Origin: Octopus sinensis
Lineage: Eukaryota
Assembly: GCF_006345805.1 (NCBI RefSeq)
Contig: NC_043022.1
Location: 2,046,001-2,110,000, forward strand
DNA length: 64,000 nt
Direction of reading: 5' to 3'
Numbering within the stretch: the stretch's first letter is position 1; each line of letters starts with the position of its first letter. Below, in pieces: positions 49,040-62,295 of the stretch. Below the pieces are notes generated by a model. It was not told the DNA's origin. It did no database searches and worked only from the letters and a program-made list of their open reading frames with translations. The position numbers and the translations under genes are program-made.

Positions 49040-49305
49040 AAGGCGGGGAGCCGGCAGAATCGTTAGCACGCCGGGCGAAACGCTTAACGGAATTTCGTCT
49101 GCCGCTACGTTTTGAGTTCAAATTCCGCCGAGGTCGACTTTGCCTTTCATCCTTTCGGGGTCGATAAATTAAGTACCAGTCAAGCACTGGGGTCGATGAA
49201 ATCGACTTACTCATCTCCCAACAAATTCCAGGCCTTGCGCCCATAGCAGAAAGGATTATCATATCGTTATTATTTTCACTATTATTACTATCTGTATTAT
49301 GATCA

Positions 49306-49337
<32 letters not shown>

Positions 49338-49675
49338 GAGTGAGAGAGCAGTTCATGCCATCAAAGTGACAGTGGGTTAGAATGTACGAAGCCCACTATG
49401 CCCATCATGACTACCCGTCTGATAAGGGTACACCAGGCACACGCATCACAACCATATGTGCGCGACATGGTGATTTCATATCAAGATAAACAGCACTTGA
49501 CCTTGCAGGTGGGGTCCCAGTTAGAATTTTCTTCAGGTTGAGTAGCCCATCCCGCTCAAACGGTCCCTGAATAAGGGTTGTTTAAGGATGTTGAACGAAA
49601 CATCCATGTTTCCAGAGGTGAATTATCCAAATCCCAAAGAATCCCTCTCAACACATGGCTATGATGCTCCCCCAC

Positions 49676-49680
<5 letters not shown>
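49040..49680. mobile_element. SINE B (+, 49040-49255) and a LINE 3'-UTR-type repeat (-, 49310-49680)
   Basis: The second element is shared with 56195-56770 and ends in an (AAT)n tail on the minus strand. Confidence 0.8.
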
Positions 49681-49708
<28 letters not shown>

Positions 49709-49818
49709 TACTACTACTACTATTTATCAATTAGTTTGATCTGGAAATAGAAGCTGTGCCTATTAACTTTACAGACCCTCAAAGAAAGGGAGAAATTGAA
49801 CAGAATTCTGTCTGTCTG

Positions 49819-49860
<42 letters not shown>

Positions 49861-50282
49861 GCATATCAAATATTCCGTTGGGAGAGATTCTTTTAGGATT
49901 AGTTAGTTAATTTAATTACCTGAGAGCCTAATTAAAGATAATGGTTATGAATCTATTAGACCCGTGGGAGCAAAACCTGGATGGGAATGAGTTAATCCGC
50001 CCGTTTGTTCTAATTATATAATTCAAGTGCAAAAGAAGAGGTGTGTGTGTGTGTAGCCGCTGGTGTGGCTGTGTGGTAAGAAGCTTGCATCTCAACCACA
50101 TGGTTCCGGGTTCGGTCCCACTGCATGGCATGCTGGGCACGTCCACCAAAAGTCCCAGACCAACCAAAAGCCTTGTGAGTGGAATTGGTAGACGGAAACT
50201 GAAATATATATATATCTTTCAAAGCAATTCTCACCTGCAAAAAAGCACAGGTATATCATAGGCCTATTTATTTTTCATTCTA

Positions 50283-51075
50283 AGGCGTCGAGCTGGCAGA
50301 ACCGTTAGCGCGCCGGGCGAAATGCTTAGCGCTATTCTGTCTGTCTTTACGTTCTGAGTTCAAATTCCCCCGAAGTCGACTTTGCTTGTCATCCTTTCGG
50401 GGTCGATAAATTAAATACCAGTTACACACTGGGGTCGATGTATCGACTTATTCCCTTTGTCTGTCCTTGTTTGTCCCCTCTGTGTGTAGCCCCTTGTGGG
50501 CAGTAAGGAAATAAGAAACTGTGTGGAAGCCGGGCGAAATATTTAGCGGTATTTCGTCTGGCTTCACGTTCTGAGTTCAAATTCCCCCGAAGTCGACTTT
50601 GCTTGTCATCCTTTCGGGGTCGATAAATTAAGTACCAGTTGCGTACTGGGGTCGATCTAATCGACTGGCCTCCTCTGAAAAAATTTCGGACCTTGTGCCT
50701 AGAGTAGAAAAGAATTTATTTTCTATTCTATATTCTTTTTATTTGTTTCAGTCATTAGACTGTGGCCATGCTGGGGCACCGCCTTGAATTTTTAGTTGAA
50801 TGGATCAGTCCCGGTACTTATTTTTTAAGCCTGGTACTTACTCTGTCTATTTTGCCGAAACGATAAGCTATGGGGACATAAACACACCAACACCGACGCA
50901 AAGACACACAAACACATACGACGGGTTTCTTTGAGTTTCTGCCTACCAAATCCACTCACAAGGCCTTGGTCGGCCCAAGGCTATAGTAGAAGACACTTTT
51001 TCAAAGTGACACGCAGTAAGACTGAACCAGGAACCATGTGGTTGGGAAGCCAGCTTCTTATCACACAGCCATATA
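50283..51075. mobile_element. Tandem SINE B copies (+, 50283-50715) and SINE A (-, 50735-51075)
   Basis: Similarity to other copies. Confidence 0.88.
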
Positions 51076-51141
51076 TACGTAAATAAGAGTAAAAAAAAAC
51101 TACGCAGAAGGACGGCAAAGGAACACATGAAGAAATCAGAC

Positions 51142-51617
51142 GAGACGTGGACATGTTAACCCCTCATCAGTCACCAGCCAAAAGTCATAACAATTTCGCG
51201 CCATTAACGATAAGATTGTTTATTTTGGTGGCGTCAAGAGCAAAAGGTTGCCGGGATAAGTGAGCGGACAGTGACGAAAACATAAACACACACACACACA
51301 CACACAACCACACACGTGCTGGTTAGAATGAAGGTACTTCCTACGATGGTCCTTCTCCCCACCCCCTTAAACCGCGTAGAGACGTGGACGTGTTCACCCC
51401 TCATCAGTCACCAGCCAAAAGTCATAACAATTTCGCGCCATTTACGATAAGGTTGTTTGTTTTGGTGGCGTCAAGAGCAAAAAGTTACCGGGATAGGTGA
51501 GCGGACAGTGACGAAAACATAAACACACACACACACACACACAACCACACACGTGCTGGTTAGAATGAAGGTACTTCCTACGATGGTCCTTCTCTCCACC
51601 CCCTTAAACCGCGTAAT
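51142..51617. repeat. Two tandem 237-bp units
   Basis: gagacgtggac.tgtt.acccctcatcag starts at 51142 and 51379. Confidence 0.92.
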
Positions 51618-52146
51618 TATTCCGCCATCCATTTTTCCTGTTTAATGATGCCAGAGAAAATTCTTTTATTTATTTCTCCCATTGATTTATTCATCTTATT
51701 TATTTATATGTCCATCATTTATCTATTATTTATTAATTTATTTGAGCACTTATTTTATCTATTTTATATTTTTATATCTGTTTTATTATCTACATATTTA
51801 TTTAACTATTTTTATTTTATTTTTCGCTCACTCATCTATTTTCTTTTCTCTTTTATTCATCCCCGCCTTTTATCTATTTCTTTACCTACCTACCATATAT
51901 TTATCTATTTACTAACACATTCACGTATTTTTTAACCTATTTACTTATTTATTTACAATTCGTTCCAGCATCTCTCTTTGCAGTTATTTTAGTTTACATT
52001 TTTATGGCTTCTTTGTTGGGTTTTTTTTTTTTTTACTTTCTTCTTTGCTGAGTTTCTTCTTTTACGAGACGGAATTATAGTTACGACGCGGTATCAAAAG
52101 ATTCCCGGACTAGTTATGGTTAATAAAAAATAAATAACTTTTATTT

Positions 52147-52557
52147 AGGCGCAGGAGTGGCTGTGTGGTAAGTAGCTTGCTAACCAACCACATAGTTCCG
52201 GGTTCAGTCCCACTGCGTGGCACCTTGGGCAAGTGTCTTCTGCTATAGCCTCGGGCCGACCAATGCCTTGTGAGTGGATTTGGTAGACGGAAACTGAAAG
52301 AAGCCTGTCGTATATATGTATATATATGTGTGTGTGTGTGTGTGTTTGTATGTGTGTGTTTGTCCCCCTAGCATTGCTTGACAACCGATGCTGGTGTGTT
52401 TACGTTCCCGTCACTTAGCGGTTCGGCAAAAAGAGACCGATAGAATAAGTACTGGGCTTACAAAGAATAAGTTCCGGGGTCGATTTGCTCGACTAAAGGC
52501 GGTGCTCCAGCATGGCCGCAGTCATACGACTGAAACAAGTAAAAGAGTAAAAGAGTA
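52147..52557 (+). mobile_element. SINE family A, full length
   Basis: Family sequence; imperfect TSD taact(tt)tattt. Confidence 0.93.
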
Positions 52558-52643
52558 AATAGTAACTTATTTACCTAAGTTTTAACATCATCTTCTTCGA
52601 AATAGTCACCTGCGCAGCAGTACACCGGTTTTAGTATTCCTGC

Positions 52644-53075
52644 TAGGTGGCGAGCTGGCAGAAACGTGAGCACGCCGATCGAAATGCGTAGCCGTATTTC
52701 GTCTGCCGTTACGTTCTGAGTTCAAATTCCGCTCTGGTCGACTTTGCCTTTAATCCTTTCGGGATCGATAAATTAAGTACCAGTTACGCACTGGGGTTGA
52801 TGTAATCGACTTAACCCGTTTGTCTGTCCTTGTTTGTCCCCTCTGTGTTTAGCCCCTTGTGGGTGGTAAAGAAATAGGTATTTTGTCTGCCACTCCGTTC
52901 TGAGTTCAAATTCTGCCAAGGTCGACTTTGCCTTTCATCCTTTCGGGATCGATAAATTAAGTACCAGTTATGCACTGGAGTCGATGTAATCGACTTAACC
53001 CGTTTGTCTGTCCTTGTTTGTCCTCTCTCTGTTTAGCCTCTCTCTGTTTAGCCTCTTGTGGGCAATAAAGACTTA
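52644..53075 (+). mobile_element. SINE family B (with internal duplication) and a 17-bp TSD
   Basis: GGTTTTAGTATTCCTGC at 52627-52643 and 53076-53092. Confidence 0.93.
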
Positions 53076-53314
53076 GGTTTTAGTATTCCTGCCACTTTTG
53101 GAATCCGGCCTGGAAGTCGTTTTCCGTAAGCGAGTCGAGGACCTTCTGCGATTCGCTCTGGATCTTCACAATGGTGTTAAAACAGCGACTTTTGAGCTGT
53201 TTTTTTCATCTTGGGGAAGAGATGGAAGTCTGTAGGTGCCAAATCTGGCGAATAAGGCGGATGCGGAACTATTCGATATCACCTCGTACTCTATACCATT
53301 TATCATCATCGTGT

Positions 53315-53600
53315 TCGTGTCCGTTGCCAGCCTCGCCTGGCCCCCGTGCCGGTGGCACGTAAAAGCACCATCCGTTCGTGGCCGTTTGCCAGCTCCGTCT
53401 GGCACCTGTGCGGGTGGCACGTAAAAAGCACCCACTACACTCTCGGAGTGGTTGGCGTTAGGAAGGGCATCCAGCCGTAGAAACACTGCCAGATGAGACT
53501 GGGCCTGATGCGGCCTTCCGGCTTCACAGACCCTAGTTGAACCGTCCAACCCATGCTAGCATGGAGAGCGGACGCTAAACGATGATGATGATCATGATGA
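53315..53600 (+). mobile_element. 5'-truncated RTE LINE 3' end
   Basis: Matches 3060-3375. Confidence 0.9.
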
Positions 53601-53971
53601 TCAGTTAGGGTGGAGAGGGAAGTGCTACCTCCCAGTGAATTCGTGACAAGACGGGTTACTCTAGTGAATGGCCCTACTCCAAGTAAGCGCCTGTCGATTG
53701 GAGAGGAGGAGACAGGGCTTGTACCTTTGGTGGTCAGGGTGATCCTGGATCTGTGGGGTTCCTTGACTGGCCCTAGTTGGAGTTTCTCCTGTATCGGACT
53801 GCCATCATTCATGCTGTCTCATAGTTTCTATATTCTGTAAAATACTTTTATCGCATTTCACTATCTTTTCCGTTTCTTTCTCCCCCAGCCTTTAAGTAAA
53901 TCTCCCGCACGTTGTCTGTCCTTGTGATGTGCCCCTCATTTATGCCCCTGTGATGGCTAATAAAAGAAAGG

Positions 53972-54020
<49 letters not shown>

Positions 54021-54177
54021 CTCAGAGCTCTCCATCTTCTTTGCTTCGGTCAATTCTGTAAGAGCGGACAGCATCTTGCTGCCAAAAGTCTCACAGGGTC
54101 TCTTGGCCTCCAGGCGTTACGTTTCATGGAAGATACTCAACACTCAAGGACCAGTCTCGAAATTATCATTATTATTA

Positions 54178-54208
<31 letters not shown>

Positions 54209-54233
54209 ATGATTTTTATCATTATTATTATTA

Positions 54234-54288
<55 letters not shown>

Positions 54289-54319
54289 CATTATTATTAT
54301 TATTATTATTATTATTAGG

Positions 54320-55960
54320 GATTACCACGACGGTGTAAAATTCCCAGTTTCGCACAGAAGGGGCCCTATTAGACCTGAACGGGCAAAGTTTCAGATCAAA
54401 GATTAAAAAAACTAAGGAAGAGACCCCTGTGTGACTCCCTGTTTGCTGATGGTTGTGCTTTGATTTCTCACACATTTTTAGGGAATTCAGCAAACGGTCG
54501 ACAGGCTTGCTTCGGCAGCTTGTGCCTTTGGACTGACCACCAGCATCAGGAAGACCGAAGCTTTATTCCAAGCAAGGCTTGGGGCAGGACATACTCAAGA
54601 CTCAAACGTGACAGTAGACAGGCAAGCCACTGGAATGAGTCAGCGAATTTAAATATCTTGGAAGTATAGTAAACTTTGGGAGTGCTTTTGATGGCGAAAT
54701 CAGTGTTAGAATATCCAAGGCTCCGAGCGCTTTTGGGAGATTTTCCCATCGTTTGTAGGATGAACACGATGTCAGTGGGAAAACTAAAAGAAGATAAATT
54801 AAGTACCAGTTGCGTACTGGGGTCGATCTAATCGACTGGCCTCCTCCGAAAAAAATTCGGACCTTCTGCCTAGAGTAGAAAAGAATTTATTTTTTATTCT
54901 ATATTCTTTTTATTTGTTTCAGTCATTAGACTGTGGCCATGCTGGGGCACCGCTTTGAATTTTTAGTTGAATGGATCAGTCCCGGTACTTATTTTTTAAG
55001 CCTGGTACTTACTCTGTCTATTTTGCCGAAACGATTAGTTACGGGGACATAAACACACCAACACCGACGCAAATACACACAAACACATACGACGGGTTTC
55101 TTTGAGTTTCTGCCTACCAAATCCACTCACAAGGCTTTGGTCGGCCCAAGGCTTGTGCTTTGAGCAGACTTTTGTAGGGGGCGGAAGCACGGACTTCCTA
55201 CTATAAACATAAAAAGAAACTTGAGACCTTTCACGTCCGCCGTTTGCGTAACATATGCAACATAAAATGGCAAGACGAGATATTCAATGCTAAAATCTTA
55301 GAAAAATGTGATATCTGTTTCTTTATTGCCCACAAGGGGCTAAACATAGAGGGGACAAACAAGGACAGACAAACGGATTAAGTCGATTACATCGACCCCA
55401 GAGCGTAACTGGTACTTAATTTATCGACCCCGAAAGGATGAAAGGCAAAGTCGACCTCGGCGGAATTTGAACTCAGAACGCAACGACAGACGCAATACCG
55501 CTAAGCATTTCGCCCGGGGTGCTAACGTTTCTGCCAGCTCGCCGCCTTGGAAATGTGATATCTCCAATATCCAAAGCAAGAAAATTGTGACATCTCCAAT
55601 ATCCAAATTCAGTGCGGAGGAGTAGGACAAGTTCGAATGAAAATGACTACATTCCAAAATTTCTTCTGTATGGCCAACAAGTGGAGGGATATGGCAGGAA
55701 AGGAAGACCCGTCTTTAAGTATAAGGATAAGTGGAAGCAATCACTAGAATCTTTACATCTTTAACTTGACATCTTGAGAAAGTCATTGCCTAGATCTATC
55801 CGCATGGCGTAAAATATGTCACGATGCTGCATCGAAAACATGAGAAGAAACAGCTGCCCAATCCCAGGCAAAACCAAAAGCATTGATGTCCCCGTTGTGT
55901 CTCCACAGCAAAATCCATCCCTGGACTCAAATTACATTCACGCATCCATCACAAACAGGT
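54320..55960 (+). mobile_element. Decayed RTE/BovB-like LINE ORF2 (RT C-terminal part) split by insertions
   Basis: Remnants of LFADD-like, FGLT.SIRKTE, FKYLGS, RISKA.SAFGR, LETFHVRRLRNI.NIKWQD, YIPKFLLYGQ motifs. Confidence 0.8.
55317..55550 (-). mobile_element. SINE family B with a 13-bp TSD
   Basis: AAATGTGATATCT at 55304-55316 and 55551-55563. Confidence 0.92.
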
Positions 55961-56146
55961 GCAGCTTCTTAGTTTCTTTCTGTCTTTCTTTCTGCGACTC
56001 TCTTTGAGTCTTCTTCAAACACTCGTACATCGAAACCGACAGGAGCGATCGTCTTCATTATTATTATTGAGTAAGAGAGGAGCGCATGCAATCAAAGTGA
56101 TGCTGAGGTACTATTATTATCATTATTATCATTATTATCATTAATA

Positions 56147-56189
<43 letters not shown>

Positions 56190-56191
56190 CA

Positions 56192-56194
<3 letters not shown>

Positions 56195-56226
<32 letters not shown>

Positions 56227-56770
56227 GAGTGAGAGAGCAGTTCATACCATTAAAGTGACTCTGGGGTAAAATATACGAAGCCCAATATACCCATCATGAC
56301 TACCCGTCTGATAAGGGTACACCAGGCACATGCATCACAACCATATGTGCGCGACATGGTGATCTCATATCAAGATAAACAGCGCATGACCTTGCAGGAG
56401 GGGCCCTGTTACAATTTTCTTCTAGTTGAGTAACCCATCCCGCTCAAAAGGTCACTGAATAAGGGTTGTTTAAGGATGTTGAAAGAACCACCCATGTTTC
56501 CAGAGGTGAATTATCCAAGCCCCAAAAATCCCTCTCAACACATGCTCTCCTACTACTTCTGTTCGTGATCAGAGATGCACATATCGTCAGCCACTGAGGG
56601 ACATGCTCAACTGGTTAAGGTCAAGCAACTGACAAACAAATCTGTGGTATTGAGCAGAATATTTGCTGTAGCCCATCTTTTATACCAAGACAAAACAATG
56701 TACATGATAACACTTCCAGTCAGTTAAGATCAGAAGCCATGAGAGCCACTGCCTGGTACTGCATCAGGGC
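56195..56770 (-). mobile_element. LINE 3'-UTR-type dispersed repeat with an (AAT)n tail
   Basis: Matches 49310-49680; short piece at 56060-56110. Confidence 0.75.
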
Positions 56771-56771
56771 T

Positions 56772-56881
56772 ATTATGATTATTATATATTATTATTATTA
56801 TTATCATTATATTATTATTATTATATTATTATTATTATTATTATTATTATATTATCATTATTATTATTATTATTATTATTA

Positions 56882-56914
<33 letters not shown>

Positions 56915-57222
56915 GATTATTATTATTATATGTTATTATTATATTATTATATTATTATTATTATTATTTTATTTCATTATTATTATTATATTATATCATT
57001 ATTATTATTATTATTATTATTTTATCATATTATTATTATTATTTATTATTATTATCATTATTATTAATTATTAATTATTATTATTATTATTATTATATTA
57101 TATTTTAGTTATGTTATTATATTATTATTATTATATTATTATCTTATTATTATTAGTATTATTATATTATTATCTTATTATTATTATCTTATTATTTCAT
57201 TATTATCATTATTCTTACTATG

Positions 57223-57257
<35 letters not shown>

Positions 57258-57515
57258 CATATAGGTATTGTATTATTATTTATTATTATTATTATTATCT
57301 TATTATTATTATTATTATTATATTATTATTATTATTATTATTATTATTATCATTATTATTATCATTATATTACTATTATTTATTAGTATCTATTTATATT
57401 ATTCTTATCATTATTATTATTAGTTATTATTATTATTATTTTATTATCATTATTATTATTATATTTATGATATTATTATTATTATTATCATTATTATTAT
57501 TCTTCATTATTATAC

Positions 57516-57547
<32 letters not shown>

Positions 57548-57899
57548 ATCATTATTATTATTATGATTATTATTATATTATTATTATTATATTATCATTC
57601 GATTATTATTATTATTATTATATTATTATTATTATTATTATTATCATTATTAGTATTTCTGATATTATTATCATTATTAATCTTATATTATATATTATTA
57701 TTGTATTCTTATCATTATTATTATTATTATTATATTATTTTATTATTATTATCATTATTCTTATTATTATTATTATTATTATCATTATTCTTATTATTAT
57801 TATTATTATTATATCATTATTAGTACTATTATTATTATTATTATTATTAGTTATTATTATATCATTATTATTATATTATTATATTATTATTATTATTAT

Positions 57900-57935
<36 letters not shown>

Positions 57936-57972
57936 TATATTATCATTATTATTATTATTATCATTATATTAC

Positions 57973-58047
<75 letters not shown>

Positions 58048-58265
58048 CATTATTATTATTATTATTATTATTTTATATTATTATTATTATTATTATTATT
58101 ATATTATTTCATTATTATTATTATTATCATTATTATACATTATTATTATTAGATTATTATATTATTATCATTATTATGATTATTATTATTATTATATTAT
58201 TATTATTATTATTATTATCCCCTTATTATTATTATTATTATCTCTTATGATTATTATTATTATTA

Positions 58266-58311
<46 letters not shown>

Positions 58312-58400
58312 CATATAGTATATTATTATTATATGATTATCTTAGTATTATATTATTTAGTAGTATTATATTATTATGTTATTATTATTATTCAGTAGTC
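56772..58400. repeat. ~1.6-kb degenerate (ATT)n array
   Basis: Direct inspection. Confidence 0.99.
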
Positions 58401-58811
58401 TTATTGTTATCATGTGCTTTTTCACTGCACTACCGAGCGCAGCTTCGTGTGCCTTGGGCATGTGCTGTGGTTTGTTGTGATGCTCTTACTTTCGTTGTAT
58501 TGAAAGTGTTTTACGTAGGATGTGTGCGGTGCCCAGTAGTGCTATTTTCTGTGTTATTTATATTCGTTAGTCCTGGTGTTTTTGCTATGTATTTGTCTGA
58601 ATGTTCTTTTTATCACACCTAATGTGCCTACTATGATAGGAATTGTTTGTTTTCAGACTCCACATTTGAATTACCTCTATTTCCAGGTCTTTGTATTTTG
58701 AAAGTTTCCCCGTTTCTTTAAGAGAAACGTTGTCCACCACAACCACAACCACAACCACCACCACAACCACTGCATTATAAAATTCCACCTTTATTAACGA
58801 TTATCATCATC

Positions 58812-58842
<31 letters not shown>

Positions 58843-59519
58843 CAATTCAGGGTCCCTATCTATTACAGTACTTCAAGGCAGCATCTGGGTTGCGAAACAT
58901 TAAAAGTAAAAGGGGGAAAAAATTAAAAGCCTGAAAATGGATCCTTTAATGGAATTACATACATAGCAGTGGTTGGTGTGTTCTTCCCTACCACCACCAC
59001 CACCACCACCACCACCACTACCACTACTACTACTACTACTACTACCACTATAACGACAACCACCACTGCTACCACCATCACCACCACCACCACCATCATC
59101 ATCACTACCTTCATTAACGATTATTTTAATTAGAGTCGACATGAATAATTTTTTTTTCTTAAACTCATTCGTCTAAAATATTTCCCTCTTCCCTGCCCCT
59201 TGCTCTCTCTATCTCTCTCTCTCTCTCCCCGACCTACAACCCCCACCCCCACCCCGCCCCGACCAGAGACACAAAGGTGCGGCTGAGTGGCAAGAGGTGG
59301 GGGGTGGGCACGGAACCAGTTTTGAGTCACGCTGTTTCGTGCTTTGAGTTCGAATCTCGACGAGATCGGTTTATCCTTCCGGGGGGGAAAGGCGGTGAGG
59401 AGGGGGGAGGGGTCCAGTTACATAAGAGGAAAGAGGAGAGGAGGAGGGGGCGTTGATTAAATTTGACTCTACAGTTTCGTTCTTGCCGAATACGTGGTCT
59501 TATCGTTCATCTTTCATCG

Positions 59520-59779
59520 TTTATTTTTAACTTGTTTCAGTCATTAGACTGTGGCCATGCTGGGGCAACGCCTAGAAGAATCTTTCAGTCGAACGAATTG
59601 ACACCTGTACAATTTTGCTTTTTTTTTTTTTAAGTCTGGTACTAATTCTATCGGTTTCTTTTTGCCGAAGCGCTAAGTTACGGAGACATAAACCACTAAA
59701 ACCGATTGACAAGCAGTGGTGGAGTGGAGGACAAACACAGTCACAAAGACACACACAGACACATATATGTGTATGCGTT

Positions 59780-59827
<48 letters not shown>

Positions 59828-60235
59828 ATTGAGTGGTAAGTAGCTTGCTAACCAACCACATGGTTCCGGGTTCAGTCCCACTGCGTGGCATCCTGGGCAT
59901 GTGTCTTCTGCTATAGCCCCGGGCCGACCAATGCTCTGTGAGTGGATTTGGTAGATGGAAACTGAAAGAAGCCTGTCGTATATATGTATATATATATGTT
60001 GTGTGTGTGTGTGTTTGTGTGTCTGTGTATGTCCCTCTAGCATTGTTTGACAACCGATGCTGGTGTGTTTACGTCCCCGTCACTTAGCGGTTCGGCAAAA
60101 GAGACCGATAGAATAAGTACTGGGCTTACAAAGAATAAGTCCCGGGGTCCATTTGCTCGACTAAAGGCGGTGCTCCAGCATGGCCGCGGTCAAAATGACT
60201 GAAACAAGTAAAAGAGTAAAAGAGTAAAAGAGTAT

Positions 60236-60278
<43 letters not shown>

Positions 60279-60780
60279 TGCAGGAGTGGCTGTGTGTGGC
60301 AAGTAGCTTGCTTACCACATGGTCCCGGGTTCAGTCCCACTGCATGGGTGTATGTTTGTCTGTGTTTATCCCACCACCACCACCACCATCGCTTGTCACC
60401 TGATGTTGGTGTGTTTACGCGCCCATAACTCAGCGATTCGGCAAAAGAGACCGATAGAATAAGTACTAGGCTTACAAAGAATAAATCCTGGGGGGTCGAC
60501 TTGTTCGACTAAAGGCGGTGCTCCAGCATGGCCGCAGTCAAATGACTGAAACAAATAAAAGATCATAGATAGATAGATAGACAGACAGACAGATAAATGC
60601 ACACACACACAAATAATGGGCTTCTTTGAGTTTCCGTCTACAAAAATTTATTCACAAGGCTTTGGTCAGCCTAAGTCTAAAGTAGAATACATTTGTCCAA
60701 GGTGCCGCGCAGTGGGAGTGAACCGAAAACCGTGTGGTTGGGAAGCAAGCTTCTTACCACACAGCCACGCCTGCGCCTGT
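59520..60780. mobile_element. Cluster of SINE A copies (- 59520-59760, + 59831-60233, + 60277-60560, - 60615-60780)
   Basis: Similarity to the family sequence. Confidence 0.88.
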
Positions 60781-61107
60781 GTGTGTATAAGTTTAAAGAA
60801 TAACGACCACCACCATCGAGTCCATCACTTCCACAATCCATCGATACATCCCACAACAACATCACCTCCGCCATCACTACAGTCAGCGAATCCGCCGCCG
60901 CCACTACCACCAGCACCATCATCATCATCAAGATCATCATCACCATCGTTGTTTTCCTCCTCCTGCTCCTGCACCTCCTCATCTTCCTCCCCCTCTTCCT
61001 CATCTTCCTCCCCCTCCCCCTCATCATCATCATCATCTATATCATCTATATCAACGTATCCTGCACCATCACAACTACCAGCATCTCCAACACCCCGCAA
61101 TAATCAT

Positions 61108-61447
61108 TACGACGACGACGATGATGATGATGATGACGATGATGGTGATGATGATGATGAGGATGGTGAGGATGACGACGATGTTGGTGATGGTGATGAT
61201 GTTGATGATGATGACGACGATGATGATGATGACGATGATGGTGATGGTGATGATGATGATGATGATGGTGGTGATGGTGATGATGACGATGATGATGATG
61301 ACGACGATGATGATGACGATGATGATGATGGTGATGGTGATGATGACGATGATGGTGATGATGACGATGATGATGATAATGATGATGGCAATGATGATGA
61401 TGGCAAGGAACATGACGAGAAACATGATGATGATGATGATGATGACG
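61108..61447. repeat. (GAT/GAC)n array
   Basis: Direct inspection. Confidence 0.98.
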
Positions 61448-61951
61448 AATAATGGAGAAGATGATGGTATTAATGGAGATTGCAGAGATGATAACCAATG
61501 ATTACCCAGATGATGATCATGGCGACGATGACGAGAACGCTGGCGGCGGCGGCGGCGGCGGCGGCGGTGGAGGTGGCGGCGGTGGCGGCGGCGAAGACGT
61601 CTCCACTCCGCAGCGACTTGTTAATGTTTAATGGCCGAGAGGAAAGTCTTCCCAGCTTTCGCCCATTGTTCGCAGTTTTGTTAAACTGCATTAATATTTC
61701 AGGGGCGACTGTATATCATAAGTTGTAAAATATAATTAACGCAAGAGCAGCCATTATCGAGCGGGAAGATACGCGAATAAATGGAGACAGCGCAAATGGG
61801 AACAATACAAAGATGACGACCACCAGCATCGATAATAAACAACTTATTGCAACCACATTGATTTAGATATATATAAATATATTATATAAAATCCGTTCTG
61901 TCTGTCTGTGGTGTGTGTCTTCTAGGATCTCGGGCACCCTCCATCCGATTG

Positions 61952-62033
<82 letters not shown>

Positions 62034-62295
62034 GGTGCAGGAGTGGCTGTGTGTGGCAAGTAGCTTGATTACCCACATGGTCCCGGGTTCAGTCCCACTG
62101 CATGGGTCTATGTTTGTCTTTGTTTATATCCACCACCAACCATCACTTGACAACTGATGTTGGTGTGTTTACGCGCCCATAACTTAGCGATTCGGCAAAA
62201 GAGACCGATAGAATAAGTACTTGTTCGACTTGTTCGACTAAAGGCGGTGCTCCAGCATGGCCGCAGTCAAATGACTGAAACAAATAAAAGATCAT
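62034..62295 (+). mobile_element. SINE family A with internal deletions
   Basis: Head and tail present; closely resembles 60277-60560. Confidence 0.85.

Larger units (their letters stand above)
52082..53290 (-). mobile_element. mariner 3' end interrupted by two SINEs
   Basis: HPPYSPDLAPTDFHLFPKMKK...GFQKW at 53270-53093; GDYFEED near 52590-52612; TIR-like TACGACGCGGTATCAAAAGATTCCCGGACT 52082-52111. Confidence 0.85.

Noticed and set aside
53325-53365. HDV-like ribozyme in the RTE tail (CCAGCC-TCGCCT-GGC resembles HDV P3/L3)
   Set aside because: No 7-bp P1 partner upstream and no GG for P1.1 after the putative P1 3' strand
5214-61501. Long ORFs rich in ER/LS, H/T/V, IY, CV, FLS, D/M etc. in the ORF track
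   Set aside because: They are translations of (GA)n, (CAC)n, (AT)n, (GT)n, (CTTT)n, (ATT)n and (GAT)n microsatellites, open in several frames, with no domain content
61498-61728. Poly-Ala ORF as a Hox-like N-terminal exon
   Set aside because: Poly-Ala comes from (GGC)n; no hexapeptide or homeobox is seen anywhere in the window, and I did not spot a miR-10 sequence by eye
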